DNA of 64,000 nt from Octopus sinensis (lineage: Eukaryota). Positions 12,201-27,200 of the stretch are shown in pieces. The notes under the pieces are model-generated. The model saw nothing but the letters and a program-made list of their open reading frames with translations. It did not search any database and was not told where the DNA came from. A program made the position numbers and the translations under genes. The stretch is from assembly GCF_006345805.1 (NCBI RefSeq), contig NC_043004.1:77562001-77626000 (forward strand), given 5' to 3'. The stretch's first letter is position 1. Every line of letters begins with the position of its first letter.

Positions 12201-15200
12201 CCACTCCGTGAGTGTAGTGGATGTTTTTTACGTGCCACCAGTAAGGAAGCCAGTCAAGGCAGCGCTGGCATTGGCCACGTACGGATGGTGCTTTTTATGT
12301 GCCACCGGTACAGGTATCACAACTACAATTTCCATTTGATCTTTTGATGTTGATGTCGATGTACTTGACTCAACAGATCTCCTCAAGCAGCATCCAGAAG
12401 ATATACCCAGGAGAGACACTAATATCAGTCAATTATATCAAGCCTACTACTAGACTGGTGCTTATTTTTAGAATCCAGGAGGATGAAAAGCAAAATTGGC
12501 CTCTGTGAGATTTGTACTATAAGCATAAAGGGCTAGAACTACATACAATAAGGTATTTTGTCGGATACTGTAATGAATGGACCAATCCATTGCCTACAAA
12601 AAGAATAAGACAGACATTCAGGCTAGCAGAAACTGAAGTAAAAAAACACTGTTTTAGATTATTTTGAGGAATTATTATTGTTTTGTTGGCTAACGTTGTT
12701 CTCATCTTGTTCTATTCTTCTATTATTGATGTTAGTTCAGATCTACCCCTCCTCTTTGGTTTTATTCTTCAAGATTTCCCTCATCTCTGTTAGGAGGTAC
12801 AAACCCTTTCACACACACACATGATGGGAACTTCTACCAACCAAATTCAATCACGAAGCTTCAGTTGGCTCAGGGCTATAGCAGAAGACACCTGTGCAAA
12901 GTGCCATGCAGTGGGAATGAACCCAGAACGATATAGTTGGAAAACAAGGAAAGAACTGACATAACTTACCAATCCACTTGACAAAACTCCATGGAAAAAG
13001 ACAACTTCTACATAAGTTCCTGTTTTCTTACCACTTATCAGCCGCCAGAAGTTTAAGAAAAGAGACTATAAGAATAAAAAGGAGAAATTAAATAAAAAAA
13101 ACAGCTGATCTTGTACTTATTTTGGAAAGAAAAGTGGATATATGATATTTTTATATTTTAAATGTTAATGAAATAATTTAGAAATAGTTTGCAAAAAAGT
13201 CGAAATTACTTCTGAATCACAAATGGTTCAGCTGCAGTTTCCATATTAGGAAACTGAGAAGGATAAATATCTCTGTGGATAATATGCTTTTGTATTGCAG
13301 GGTGTATTTCCTGGGGGAAAAAATTGAACTTGGCACTGAACAGCAACAGAATACTTACCAATTCCTCACCACTTAGTTGCTTCAAACACAGGACTATACT
13401 ACAGTCACCTATTAGTCATAAAACAATTAGTAAAACTGTACATAAAGATCATCAAGGGACGAAAAACATCCCGTTAATTCAGAGGAACTGATTTCTCTAA
13501 CACAGCTCCTTTCTTTCTTTAAAGCTGAGCAAAAAATAAATAGATAAAAATAAAAATCCCTCCCTCTCCATCGTAACAAGTGAGAAATAATACTATAATA
13601 CATAATACTTACTATACACATAGAGAAAAGAAGACACAGTAGAAGAATGATATGTTTGGAGATTTGTAGAGATTCTTCAGGTAATTCTTCTTGTGAAGTA
13701 ATTTCTATTTTGTCAATATCAGAATTTATAGTTGAAGGTTCTGCATGAAAGTAGTTCTCAAGAAGGTGTACTTTAGAATCATTCAGATCTGTGGAATTTG
13801 GTGATAAATCTAAATCTTCAATATTTTGTTCTTCAAAACTTGTAAAATTTACACCTGTAAGAAATTCATATATTTTCTATAATTTGTCATAAAATATCCA
13901 ATTTGTAAAAACTTTTGTTAACCTTCATAAAAATCAAACACAACATGGGAGTAGCTGAGATTATAATCTCATCTAGCAACCAGCTTAATATTTCATAAAC
14001 CAAACTCTCAACAACATAGACATGGTAGATCCCTAATTACTGATATAAAGTCCATCGGTGTCCGATGACAATATAGTCTGGGTTCTCAGTGATGAGAGCA
14101 CATGTGACTCTGCAGTTCAAAGCTGGAAGCACACCCACAGATATCACATTGATAGTCTGTTGACTGGACCGAGGTGGATGCTGCCCCGCGATGTCTTTTT
14201 CTTGTAGCATCAAGACCCTGTCACCTGTCTTCTTCAAAGGCAGCCGCTGCTTGTGAGGTGAGAGACTTCTATGCAGATCTGTTTGCAGCTGAGGCTTCAA
14301 GTTCGTGTAGTTTAAATGCTACTCTATTTGAGGTTACTTTTTAAGAGTGTCTTTGTACTTCAGTTTAGGTCCTCCTTGTTTGCATGAGCTCACCATGCAA
14401 CAGCTGCCTAGACACACAGTTATCAGTCATTCTGATGACATGGCCAATCCAGCTTAACTGAGCCTTCAAAAACATTTTGACTCAATGCTTGTTTTACAAG
14501 CTCTGTGCAGCACCTCTTGGTTTGTCACACTGTTCTGCCAGCAAATGCCCTTGATCCTGTGATCTTGGTGATGGTTGTAAACTTGGTGATGTTCTGACCT
14601 AAACTCTGATAACCAACTGACTAACAATGATGATGAATTGTCCTAGTGCCATCAAAGTACACACAAACTTTAAACAGGAAGCTTTTTATAAAAGAATATT
14701 TATAAACATTCAACTCTTGTTCTCAAGAAAACTTACTTGATTGACTCGTTTGGTTTTCAAATTCAAAGAAATGGTTAACTTCAACATCATTATTAATACT
14801 TGATGGTGGTAAAGTTTCTTGTAATGAATGGTTAAACTCTGCATTTTCAGATCTTTCCTGAAGATTTTTGTCAGTTTGATTAGAATTAGAAGACATAAGC
14901 TGATATTTGTCTTTTTGTTTCCTTTGTCCAATAATCAGAGCAGCACTGGTTATTGTTATCGATATTAAAAGGATTACAAACTTTATCACAATCTATAAAA
15001 ATAAAAAACAAAAAACAGGCAAGATAAGAAAAATCTAATAAGTTGATGATTGGAGAAATTATTTTTCAACCACGTTCATTTATGTTATAAAGTCATGCTA
15101 TATAACATAACATGGTTGTCATAGTAATACATGTGTACAGAGTAATGTCACAAGTGCTAAGACAGGAACAAAAAAACTAGGTTTCATTAAAGATCTCAGC

Positions 15201-18200
15201 AACAACTGAGATGTTTTGTGATATCATAACAAATGAAACAAATAATTAAATGGCATACCTGAATGAGACCATATTGTAGAGTAGGGTCTATACTAACAGA
15301 ATAATACTTCCAGCTGATTAAGAAGAGGATCCCTGTCAGGAAAACTGGAAGCCTAACACAGAAAGTATAGTCAAAAATGTTGTCTCCATAAGTAGGTCAA
15401 AGAAGAACTTACAAGATACATTATTCGAAAATCAAACAAAACATTACAGGAGAGGATGACTAAACTAGTCATTATTAGTTATTGAGTTTTAAAATAGTTT
15501 ACTTTTTTATCGAATAATAACAATAAATTCTCCAAAGGGAAACTGAAATCTGAACAAACTTAAATTTTTATCTAACTTGAAAAAAAAAAATAACAATAGT
15601 GAAATAACACCAAAAAAAGGGGGGTGTGAGTTTGTTTACTCATCTCTGAAGACCTCACAATGAGAAGTAGGGATGAGATTGTACCTGAGATCTGTGATAG
15701 GGATTTGTTGAGATGTTATCAACATAAAATGTTTTGTATATTGTAAAAAAGTTATAAACCTGTAGACAGCAGAGAATGGATGACAGAACAGACATTTATG
15801 TACTTCACTGAAGAGAATATTCAGATGTTGTGAGATTGAACACAATATTTTGAGCTAAAAAGTACTTAACTAGCATTGTTTTTAATTAGTGCAGTGATGC
15901 ATATTTATATATATATATATATATATATATAATAATAATGAAATTATTGTATACAGTGTTCAGGCGCACCACAACTTGTCAAAAGTGCGTATAAAGCATA
16001 TGCAGAAATGTACAAATGCCTGGAAAGCAAACAGTGTATGAGTCAGATACATGCTTGTGTGTATGGAGGGGAGGAAATCAGGTGTAGTGTTGGTGAATCT
16101 CAGGAAGCAGGGAAGTTTTGAAGGATGCAGTGCTCCGACAACTAACAACTGATGCTGGCCGTTTGTTCCATGCTTCAGCAACTCTTAGCGTGAAAAAATG
16201 TTTTCATGAGTAGGTACTGAGAAACTGCTGCTGAAAGCTTGGTACGTGAATGGAGTGAATATTAAATCATTCTAGGTGGTCACTTTAGATGATTCAGACC
16301 CCGAATGGGTTTTTCTTGTAGCCCAGTAAAAATGTTTTTCTCAGATGATGATGATGACTCTATGGCATGCAAACTCAGTGAAGTATCCAAGGGAGGGAAT
16401 TAAGCTATTATTAGCAGTGAAGTTGCACAAGAGAAACCAAACTAAACTTCAGTGATAAAACAGTACTAGTAATATATTACTATAAGTTGGTAGTTGTACA
16501 GAATATTAGGAAGAACATGTGCATTGTTGAAGTCTAGAATTAAGTTTTTTCAATAAAGGGATGGTTCTATAGAATATTGGCAGCATGTTTGAGAACTATA
16601 ATTATTCAGTTTCTAAAAGCTTCAGATCTTTCCTGAAGATTTTTGTCAGTTTGATTAGAATTAGAAGACATAAGCTGATATTTGTCTTTTTGTTTCCTTT
16701 GTCCAATAATCAGAGCAGCACTGGTTATTGTTATCGATATTAAAAGGATTACAAACTTTATCACAATCTATAAAAATAAAAACAAAAAATAGGCAAGATA
16801 AGAAAAAAGATTCTGTTTAAATGAGATCTATGTTTTTAGCAGCATTGGTATGTTATTCCTTAGAGTTTTAAGTGTATGCAAGATTTTGTACCATGCAAAT
16901 ATTTTTCTTGCATTTTAAAGAGTGTTTTGAAATAAAGGGTGCAAAATTACAGTGAAGAGAGGAGGATGTGAATAAAATTACTTGGGTTTCTAGTGAAGCC
17001 TGGTTGGGGTTCTTGATGCTGCTTATTGTGTACTTAGTGATTAATAAGATGTTTTCTGGTTTTCTATTTTATAATAATTCTTTTAAGTAAACTACCTTGT
17101 TTTTACATGTAGTTAAATTTCTGCTGTGCCTCATTCCTGTGTTAACTTTTAAATTGTTCTTAAGTTGTTTATTTAACTGTAGAGAATTTGGCAAGAATAC
17201 ATTACCACTTCACCTTGAGGTGGTGTCGCGATTACAAATGTCACACAAAGTATTGCGTGATTGAAATCTCCCTTGATAGAATGGTGGACAAGGTTGGTAA
17301 TGATATATGTTGGTTATATCTGTTTTAATATAGGTAGTTCTTATTTTAAATGATTTTAAGATGATGTCACAAAACAAAAGATTCTGTTTAAGTGAGATCT
17401 ATGTTTTTGAGTAAATCATCATCGTTTAACATTTGTTTTCCACGCTAGCATGGGTTGGACTGTTTGACTGGGGTCTGGCAAGCCAGAAGGCTGCACCAGG
17501 CTCCAGTCTGATCTTGCAGTGTTTCTACAGCTGGATGCCCTTCCTAATGCCAACGTGAGTGTAGTGGGTGCTTTTTACGTGCCAGGCGAGCCTGGCAATG
17601 GCCATGATCGGTTGGTGCATTTTACGTGCCACCAGCATGGAAGCCAGTCAAGGTGGCGCTGGCATCGGCCACGTTCAGATGGTGCTTTTTACGTACCACC
17701 AGCACAGGGATCACAACTCTGTATTTACAAAAGTATATTACATCTGCTTCAGCATTTTTCGTTTTACAGCTCAGAAGAGGAAGAGTAGATCTTTAAGACT
17801 AATGGGTGGAAGAGAGGAATTTATCCTTAAAATGGAGACCCAGCTCAAATGTTTGTAACAGGGCAAACTCCGCTAAGGGCACTCAAGGACTAGATCAAAC
17901 CACAATATAGATTTGTGTAAAAGCTGATTGATGACTGAGTAGAATACACCAAACCTCTTTCTTTGTCAGCAAATAGTAATGGTAGTGACTGTGTGATGGT
18001 AATGGTGGTGGCGATGATGTTATGCTGACGACAACAAAATTAAACAATGTTTTGTCCAATGATCAATTTGCAAACAAGAGGAAGTACTTACCCGAAGCCA
18101 ATTAAAGCAAACAGAAAATGGTTTTGCAGCCATTCTGTTTTTTGTCGAGTGCGAAGAATACAAATAGTAATACTGAGTAGACAGGCCCAACTATTGGAAG

Positions 18201-21200
18201 ATAAATCACCGACATTGATAAAAATGAATTCCACATAATGTTGCCAGTTGAAAAGCTTTCTATCAGAATGGCAGCAGATCAGTCCAATAGCACGAAATAT
18301 CTGTAATAAATAAGCAGGTGGAATCACGACAATCATAAACATAATTTTCAGTGAAACATAATCTTGATTTTACATTTGATACAACAATTATTACAAGTAG
18401 CCTTATTTTATGAAAACTGCAACTAACCAGTAACAAAACCAAACTACTATTAACCTTATATGAGTTATTACTTAACAATAATGACGGATGTTTTCGGTTT
18501 GAACGGCAGTTTTTTAAAATAATTTCCACGTAACTAAACACTTTTGAACTTCGTATACTGGTAGAATGTGTTTATAGAACATCTTTTTCTCTTGGCTTTA
18601 TTGAGAAAATTCTATGGTTTGTAAGATATTTGTTGGTTTTTTTTCTTTAATTTCTGAAATTTCAACCAATCAATGACGTCTATTGAGGTAAAAAAAACAT
18701 TCTGTGCCGTATGAATATGTCCCTTGTTTAAGAAACAGATTGGGTTTATTTACGTTTCTGAAGAAAAAAAGATACCCTTCCCCCCACCCCTAACCCTAAC
18801 ACATTAAAATGCTATAGATCGATACTAGGGTCATAATTATGGGTGACAATTTCATATGACACTGCTAGAAAAAACTGCCGTTCAAACCGAAAAGATCCAT
18901 AATGACATGAATTTGTAGGCCAATTGAATTGACTGGAACTTACTGAAATGAACGGTAAAGTAAATTCCAGCAAAATTTATATTTAGAATACCAGAGTAAA
19001 CTTAATACAGTAGGTGTTTGCTCTAGCATGCTGCTATTTAAGCTAAGTCACAACTCTTATTTTATTAACGATAATTATTACCTGAGATATTGCAAGGCAT
19101 AATGTAAACAGATGAGGGACTTTTTTCCAACGACGAGTGATAACGAATATTACACAAATCCAAACCTTTAACGAAAAGAAAATACTTATTAAATGGATTA
19201 TTATAAATAACATGTGAGGAAATATAACTAAAATACAAAATTAAGAAAGCAATTAATATGATATAGATAATGTTTTGCTGTACATGTTCACTGAAGCCTG
19301 AAACCTGTAGTGCTGTGTACAGAGAAGACAGGGGAAACAGACTAGTTTAATGTGATGCTACCTCAACTCTTTGATATTTACAAGTGGTGAATAATCTAGC
19401 ATAGAATTCAGGTCTACTGCAGCAACTAGTGTTTCAACCATTTTTTGACATTGTAAGACTTAATGTTATAGAAGTAGTCTTATCAAAAAGAAACTGAACT
19501 TCTAAAACAGAACACCAACCATCCACTGCAGTGCTATATATATATATATGAGTAATTTTCACCTTCAGTCTAATAACAGCCACATCACATGTCAGTTATT
19601 CATTCATATAGAGGTGCAAAAGTGAATGTAGTTACAGTGCAGTGGGCAATTTGTTGCAAGTTGAACAAAGGATTTTGAGAGGGATGATTTTGTCTTAGAA
19701 CATTTAAATAGAGAAAACCTTTATGAAGATTTTTCCTAATGTTATAATAATAATAATAATAATAATAATGAAATTATTGTATACAGTGCTCAGGTGCACA
19801 ACAACTTGTCAAAAGTGCGAATAAAGCATATGCAGTAATGTACAACTGTCTGGGAAGTGAACAGTGTATGAGTCAGATACACGCTTGTGTGTGTATGGAG
19901 GGGAGAAAATCAGGTGTAGTGTTGGCAAATCTCGGGAAGCATGGAAGTTTTGAAGGATGCAGAGCTCTGACAACTAACAACTGATGCCAGCAGTTTGTTC
20001 CATACTTCAGCAACTCTTAGCGTGAAAAAATGTTTCCGAAAGTCATGGGAGCTGTGCTGTTTTTTGATTTTGTAAACGTGTCCACTGTTGTAACAAGGCT
20101 ATGGGATAAGAAATGTTTAAGCTGTACACAATGTCACAAGAGGTGTCAGTGTTGCAAAGATCACTTCCAAATGTAATCTCAAATCTGATGACCTTCCATT
20201 GTGAAAATGCTTCCAGTGATCCATAGTAATTGTCACCTGACTTGTGAAAGAGCCACCTTTGCAAAAGTTTGCGCCAACTTTAAAAGGGCAACTGAAAATG
20301 CATTGTGCCACCACAGAGTTTGTGCTGTTTGCTAACTGATGAACAACAAGAGAACTGTGCCACAGTCAGTAAGAAGCTGTTCCGTCATTTAAATACTGAT
20401 GAAGACTTTCTGGGAAGTGCCAAAGTAGGTGAAAAAACATGGGTGTACATCAGTGATCATTATCATCATCATTTAACGTCCACTTTCCATGCTAGCATGG
20501 GTTGGACGAATGACTGAAGGCTGGCGAACCAGATGGCTGCACCAGGCTTCAATCTTGATCTGGCAGAGTTTCTACAGCTGGATGCCCTTCCTAACGCCAA
20601 CCACTTCGAGACTGTAATGGGTGCTTTTATGTGCCACCAGCACAGGTGCCAGTAAGACGATGCTGGTAACGATCACGCTCGAATGGTGTCTTTTACGTGC
20701 CACCGGCACAGATGCCAGATAGCCGCTCTGGCGCCGATCATGCTCGGATGGTGCTCTTAATACCTTACTAGTACGGGGCTCGAGTGCCAGTAAGGCAACG
20801 CTGGTAATGATCACACTCGAACAGTGCCATTTTATGAACCACTGGTACGGAAGCCGGTTAGCCACTCTGTCAATGATCACACTCGTATGGTGCTCTTTGC
20901 ACCCCGCTAGCACGGACGCCAGTCATCGAATTTGATTTTGATTTTGATTTTTGATTTCACTTGCCTCAACATGTCTTTGCAAGCAGAGTTTTAGTGTCCA
21001 AAGAAGGAAAAGGTACGCATAAGTGGACTGGTAACACCCCTGGCATAGGCCACGAGATTATGGTCTCATTTGACTCGCTGGGTCTTCTCATGCATGGCAC
21101 ATTTCCAAAAGTCTCAGTCACTAGTCATTTCCTTGGTGAGGCCCAAAGTTCGAAGATCGTGCTTCACCACTTCATCTCAGGTCTTTCTAGGTCTACCTCT

Positions 21201-24200
21201 TCCACAGGTTCCCTCAACCGCTAGGGTGTGGCACTTTTTCACACAGCTGTCCTCATAAAGGTAATCATTGCAATGTGTTCTTCAACAATGTGCAAGATCA
21301 TCATTGCTGCAATTAAAACAAGCATGGCTGAGTCAGTCAAATGTGATCAATTTTTATTTTGACTGGAAGAACATCATAGGTTAGCTACATGTGGTCAGAT
21401 GATTAGTTAAGAGTCTTAATTGGATGCCCTGCAGTGTTTGAGAGAATTAGTGTAAAGACAGAGGTCTGATGGATGGACAAATGAAACATGGCTGTTGCAT
21501 AACAGCACAATTGCTCAAATGTCACTCCATGACCTTTTGGCAGAGCATGAGATGACTTCTGCAACCCAGCTGCTTTACTCTCTGGCTTTGATGCCACAAA
21601 CGTTTCCATAGTCCCAAAGTTGAAATCGAGTCTAGCATTAGAAAATGAATGTAAAAGAGTTTTTAAAAGTGTTTAATAAATAAACAATATTTGATATAAA
21701 AGGTGAGCAAAGTAAAAATCATCTACTTACACAAAAAGCGAGAGAAAGTGTGCTGATATCAAATGTAGTATCTCTAATGATCTTAGAGTAAATAGAAGGG
21801 TGATGAGACAAGAATGTCATCATTCTGGCAGAAATGAACATCAGTGGAGCTGAGAAAATAGTGCATAAAACCAAACCACTTGCAATCTGTAAAGGTAAAA
21901 CATCATAAACTGTATACCTGATAAAACTGGTTTTTTAGGTAGGCAAAGCAACTGAAAATTATATGGGGAAGTCAATTATTTATTCATTAGTTAATTTGAG
22001 AAGGAAGAACAGTAATTAAAACCTTTTAAATGGTTGGATTTTGAGTTCAAGAGCAATGCTATTGTACAGTTTATGGAGATGACACTAAAACATAACAGGT
22101 ACACTGAGTGAGTCTAGAAGAGTGATGATAGAGTTAAGAAACTCAGATGAGCAGAAATCATTGAAGTTGTAATAAAATAAAAGTAAACAAACGACACGGT
22201 TCAACAGTTTGATGATGATCCAATGTTTGAAGATGTCTGCAAATGTAAGATGAGTTTCCTTTCCTGGTGTGTAGTCTATTGTTAATTAAGATGGTGAATG
22301 TGTGGAGGCACATGGCCTAGTGGTTAGAGCAGCGGACTCGCAGTCAAGGGATTGTGGGTTCGAATCTCAGACCAGACGATGTGTGGGTTTATGAGCGAAA
22401 CACCTAAGCTCCACACGGCTCCGACAGAAGGTAATGGCGAAACTTCTGCTGACTCTTTCGCCACAACTTTCTCTCACTCTTTCCTCCTGCATCTTACCTA
22501 TGATGGACCGGCGTCCCATCCAGGTGGGGAACCTATATGCCAAGAAACCAGGAAACCAGCCCTTATGAGCCGGGCATGGCTCGAGAAGGAACAAACAAGA
22601 TGGTGAATGGCACAAAGCAGCTGACATATCGTATGTACAATAAATATTAATTTAGCTAAATTAGTTGGTAACTGGAAGTTTCCAAAGGAGCCAAGCATGT
22701 GTAGACCAACTTCAATTTATATTGTTATCTCATTTATTTAGGACAATTTCAGAGCTATGATGCCTTCCTCAAGGGCACTGGAAATGTAAATTAAGTGACT
22801 TAGCTACAATCAGGAAACATAACTGAGTCACAGACTCAACTTGTAGAAAGCATACTTGATTCAGACAAAAATTAACACCTTTTTGAGATGTTAGCCATGA
22901 AAGTTCTATCACTAAAACCATGGCAACAACAGAAACAAACACTAGGCTATTAACAATAGCTCTCAAGTCTTCAAACTAACTGAATCAGGTGAGCATAAAA
23001 GCAGTGCCACTTGAACAAACTATCAATACATGAATCTTCTAACAGATACTCTCTGGTAGCAGGAAAACCACCACAAATTCAAATAATAGATATAATCACG
23101 TGATCGAGATCACGATCAATGACTGGCCAGGCTGTCTGATGTTGTTACATGTCACTTGTCACAATGTGCTTTGCATTGTTTTAGCCTTCAAATGGCTAGG
23201 TGAGCAGGCCAACATTCTCCCCCCACACACCCACTGATCAGAAGTGGGACTGGAGCAACAAGAATTGAAGTGCTTTGCTTCAGAATGCAATGCACTGCCC
23301 AGTCTGGGAACTGAACCCACAATCTAGAGATCATGAGTGCAACAGCCTAACCACAAGGCTACATGCCTCCACAATCATCATCATCATCATCATCGTTTAA
23401 GGTCCGCTTTCCATGCTAGCATGGGTTGGATGGTTCGACTGGGGTCTGGGAAGCCAGGAGGCTGCACCAGGCTCCAATCTGGTCTGGCAGTGTTTCTACA
23501 GCTGGGTGCCCTTCCTAACGCCAACTACTCCATGAGTGTAGTGGGTGCTTTTTGAACTCAGAACGTAGCGGCAGACGAAATACCGCTAAGCAATTCGCCC
23601 GGCGTGCTAACAATTCTGCCAGCTCGCCGCCTTAATCTTACTGAATAGACAATGTATTTTACATTATTGAATTATTAATGCTAAAGAGCTTATATTGATG
23701 ATGATGATGATTAACAATGAAGTTGCTAACTATAATGGAGAAGGGTAAACAGAAACGATTATGCATATGATGATGATGATGATGTCAACTAGACAGCATC
23801 AAATAAAATGTAGCAATAGTATTGTTGTTTATAAATATGGTTACAGCAATATTAAAGATGATTATAATGAACACTATGAAAACAACTACAGCAGCAATAA
23901 CAAAAACAATGATGAAAAAGTAATGATATTTCTATTTTTAGGCACAAGGCAGCAATTCTGAGGTAAGGAGTTTTGTCAAAATTGATGACCCAAGTACTCT
24001 ACATGGACTTTATTTTATCAACCCAAGTAAGATAAAAGGCAACATTAATCATCATCATTTAACGTCCGCTTTCCATGCTAGCAAGTGTTGGACGAATTAA
24101 TATTTATTGACTGGCTTCTGTGCTGGTGGCACGTAAAAAGCACCAACCAAATGTGGCCACTGCCAGCCTCCCCTGGCACCTGTGCCGGTGGCACATAAAA

Positions 24201-27200
24201 AGCACCCACTATACTCACAGAGTGGTTGGTGTTAGGAAGGGCATCCAGCTGTAGAAACACTGCCAGATTAGACTGGAGCCTGGTGCAGCCTCCTGGCTTC
24301 CCAGACCCCAGTCAAACTGTCCAACCCGTGCTAGCATGGAAAACGGATGTTAAACGATGATGATGATGAAAATGAAAACATAATTTTAGTAGTGATAAGC
24401 TTAAAGATTTTGACCATATGAGCAATGACAAGCTTGACTGTAACATCTATAAAATAGCAAACTCTAGAAAACGGTAGACTTACAATACTGTAGCAATGGA
24501 ATACTGGCTTGCATAGATGAAGGCTGATGGAGCAGTAGGGAATGTTCCATAAAGAAAACCATTCATACTAAGTGAGCTTGTTTCATTTGCATTGGCCCCT
24601 GGCTTGACAATATAGATAACTTGCCAGGTTACAAGTGGTAACAATAATCTGAAAACATAAGATGAAACAGATTAAGTGACTATAATGTTAGAAACAACCA
24701 AAAGAATACCCTCCCCATCAGGCATTTGCCATATCCTGAACGCCTTACTTCCCTGGGCATGGACACATTGAAACTCCGACGTCTGGCAGCTGACTTGGCA
24801 GACACCCATAAAATTATCAACCATCGCACAAACAATAACTCTGAGCACCTCTTCAAACTCCACCCATCTAACACCCGTGGACATATTTACAAAGTAAGAA
24901 AACAGCACAGCTCCCATGACTTCAGGAAACATTTTTTCACGCTGAGAGTTGCTGAAGCGTGGAACAAACTGCCAGCATCAGATGTTAGTTGTCGGAGCAC
25001 TGCATCCTTCAAAACTTCCATGCTTCCTGAGATTCACCAACACTACACTTGATTTTCTCCCCTCCATACACACACAAGCATGTTCACTTTTCAGACATTT
25101 CTACATTACTGCATGTACTTTATATGCACTTTCTGACAAGTTGTGGTGCACCTGAGCACTGTATACAATAATTTCATTATTATTATATTATTAAACAAAC
25201 ATTTTGTGTTGTACACTCAACAAGTTTGGCATGAGAATGAATATTGTACCCCCCCCCCCTACTCACTTTCATCAAAAAGCAAGTGGTTCTGCCAGAATGG
25301 AGGAAACCCACACCAACAAGACAGAAATAGGTAGTTTAGCCATCAAATTGAGAGAATCTAGCTTTCAAACCAAAGTTCTTGCTATAGAGGTGGGAATAAG
25401 GGGGTTTGTGGACAAATCTGTCTATGATATTCTGGAACAGCTTTCAGTTTCTGGGAGAAAGAGAACCTGAGCTCTTAAAGAGTAATGAAAGAGGTGAATT
25501 TCCAAAGGTACAATTCACCCTTTGTTCAACTGTGTCTCAGACTAAGTTGGTGACAACATTCAAGGTACCTTGGCTCTGGGGTACCTCAAGCACCCGGGAA
25601 GGTGCAGGTTGCAATACAGACAGTAGAAGAGAATGTGGTAGCAGAGGGATATCCAGGAGTCATGAACTGGATGTGGCTCTACTCCCATATAGTGTAAGGA
25701 GTTAAGGGTCAAATGATTTGAAGAAATTTTTGATAAAACAATGTTAGGGTAACTGTCAACCCATCGGCTTCTAACCCATTAACCATCAAGCAACCAGTAA
25801 TCATCATAACACATTAGCCATCAAAATTCACATTGATTTTTTTTGTCTTTTTTTTAGTTTCTTTCTTCTTTTTTTTTTTTTTTGTAAAATAAGAAATATA
25901 GACATACGTTTTAGCAAGAACCAATAAAAATGGAACAACTAATTGGATACCAAGCTGATTCTTAGTTTTTCCAACCAAATTCAGACCAAGGTAGAAGAGG
26001 GCAGATGCAGCAAATGCATTACCTGGAAAAGAAAAATAACATTAAAATACAACAATAAAAAAAAAAGTTAAATAAAGTTTATAATGTTCTGTGATTAAAA
26101 TTAATCTTGATTTTTGAAATTGTTTAAACATGTATTTCATAAGCAAGATAATTATCCTCAGAGTACGTTTTTATCATAAACAAACAAAAACAATGAGACA
26201 CACATCTCGTAGAATGACGCCAATGCAAATTCTTGATGTTCTACTTGCAGTATTTTGAATAAGTTGTACATTCACATCAAAGAGACATAACAAGTTACTG
26301 CAAAAATAAGGTAAAATTAAAACTGCTGCTTATAAAATATGGGATTGGTCTTATTTACAAATTATATTTTTTGATTTCAAAGTCTGTGTTTTAGCGACCA
26401 AGATTGTCCATATCAACCAATACAAAATGAATGAATTGACTCGGACATTATACTGAATTTTTTCATAAGTTTCTAGATCTCCTTTTAAAGGTGAAGGAAA
26501 GCAGATAAACAAGACTTTACATGAATTAAATATTTCTTAACCATCTCTAATTTTCAGTTTATTTTTAAAATAATCAAGATTTTTGAGAGGTTCAGTAAAA
26601 TATCTATAACTATATATCTTGGTATAAAGTACCATCATCATCATCATCATTTAACGTCCGCTTTCAATGCTAGCATGGGTTGGATGAATGACTGAGGGCT
26701 GGCGAAGCAGATAGCTGCACCAGGCTCCAATCTTGATTTGGCAGAGTTTCTACAGCTGGATGCCCTTCCTAACACCAACCACTCCTAGAGTGTAGTGAGT
26801 GCTTTTACGTGCCACTGGCACGGGGCCAGTCAGACGGTACTGGCAACGACTTCGCTCGAATCTTTTACACATGTCACCGGCACAGGTGCCAGTAAGGCAA
26901 TGCTGGTAACGATCACGCTCGAATGGTGTCTTTTACGTGCCACCAGCACGGAGGCCAGATAGCCGCTCTGGCAACGATCACGCTCGAATGGTGCTCTTTA
27001 AGGCAACACTTGTAACGATCACGCTCGAATGGTGCCTTTTAAGTGCCACTGGCATGGAAGCTGGTAGCCGCTCTGTCAATGATCACACTCGTATGGGGCT
27101 CTTTGCACCCCACTAGCACGGACGCCAGTCATCGAATTTGATTTTGTTTTTGATTTAAGTACCATATATATGACACAATATATAGATTTTTATGGAAAAT

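Noticed and set aside
22305-22380. tRNA genes (also 3545-3620, 36072-36145, 9529-9600)
   Set aside because: A/B boxes are present but cloverleaves are degenerate and run directly into SINE bodies.
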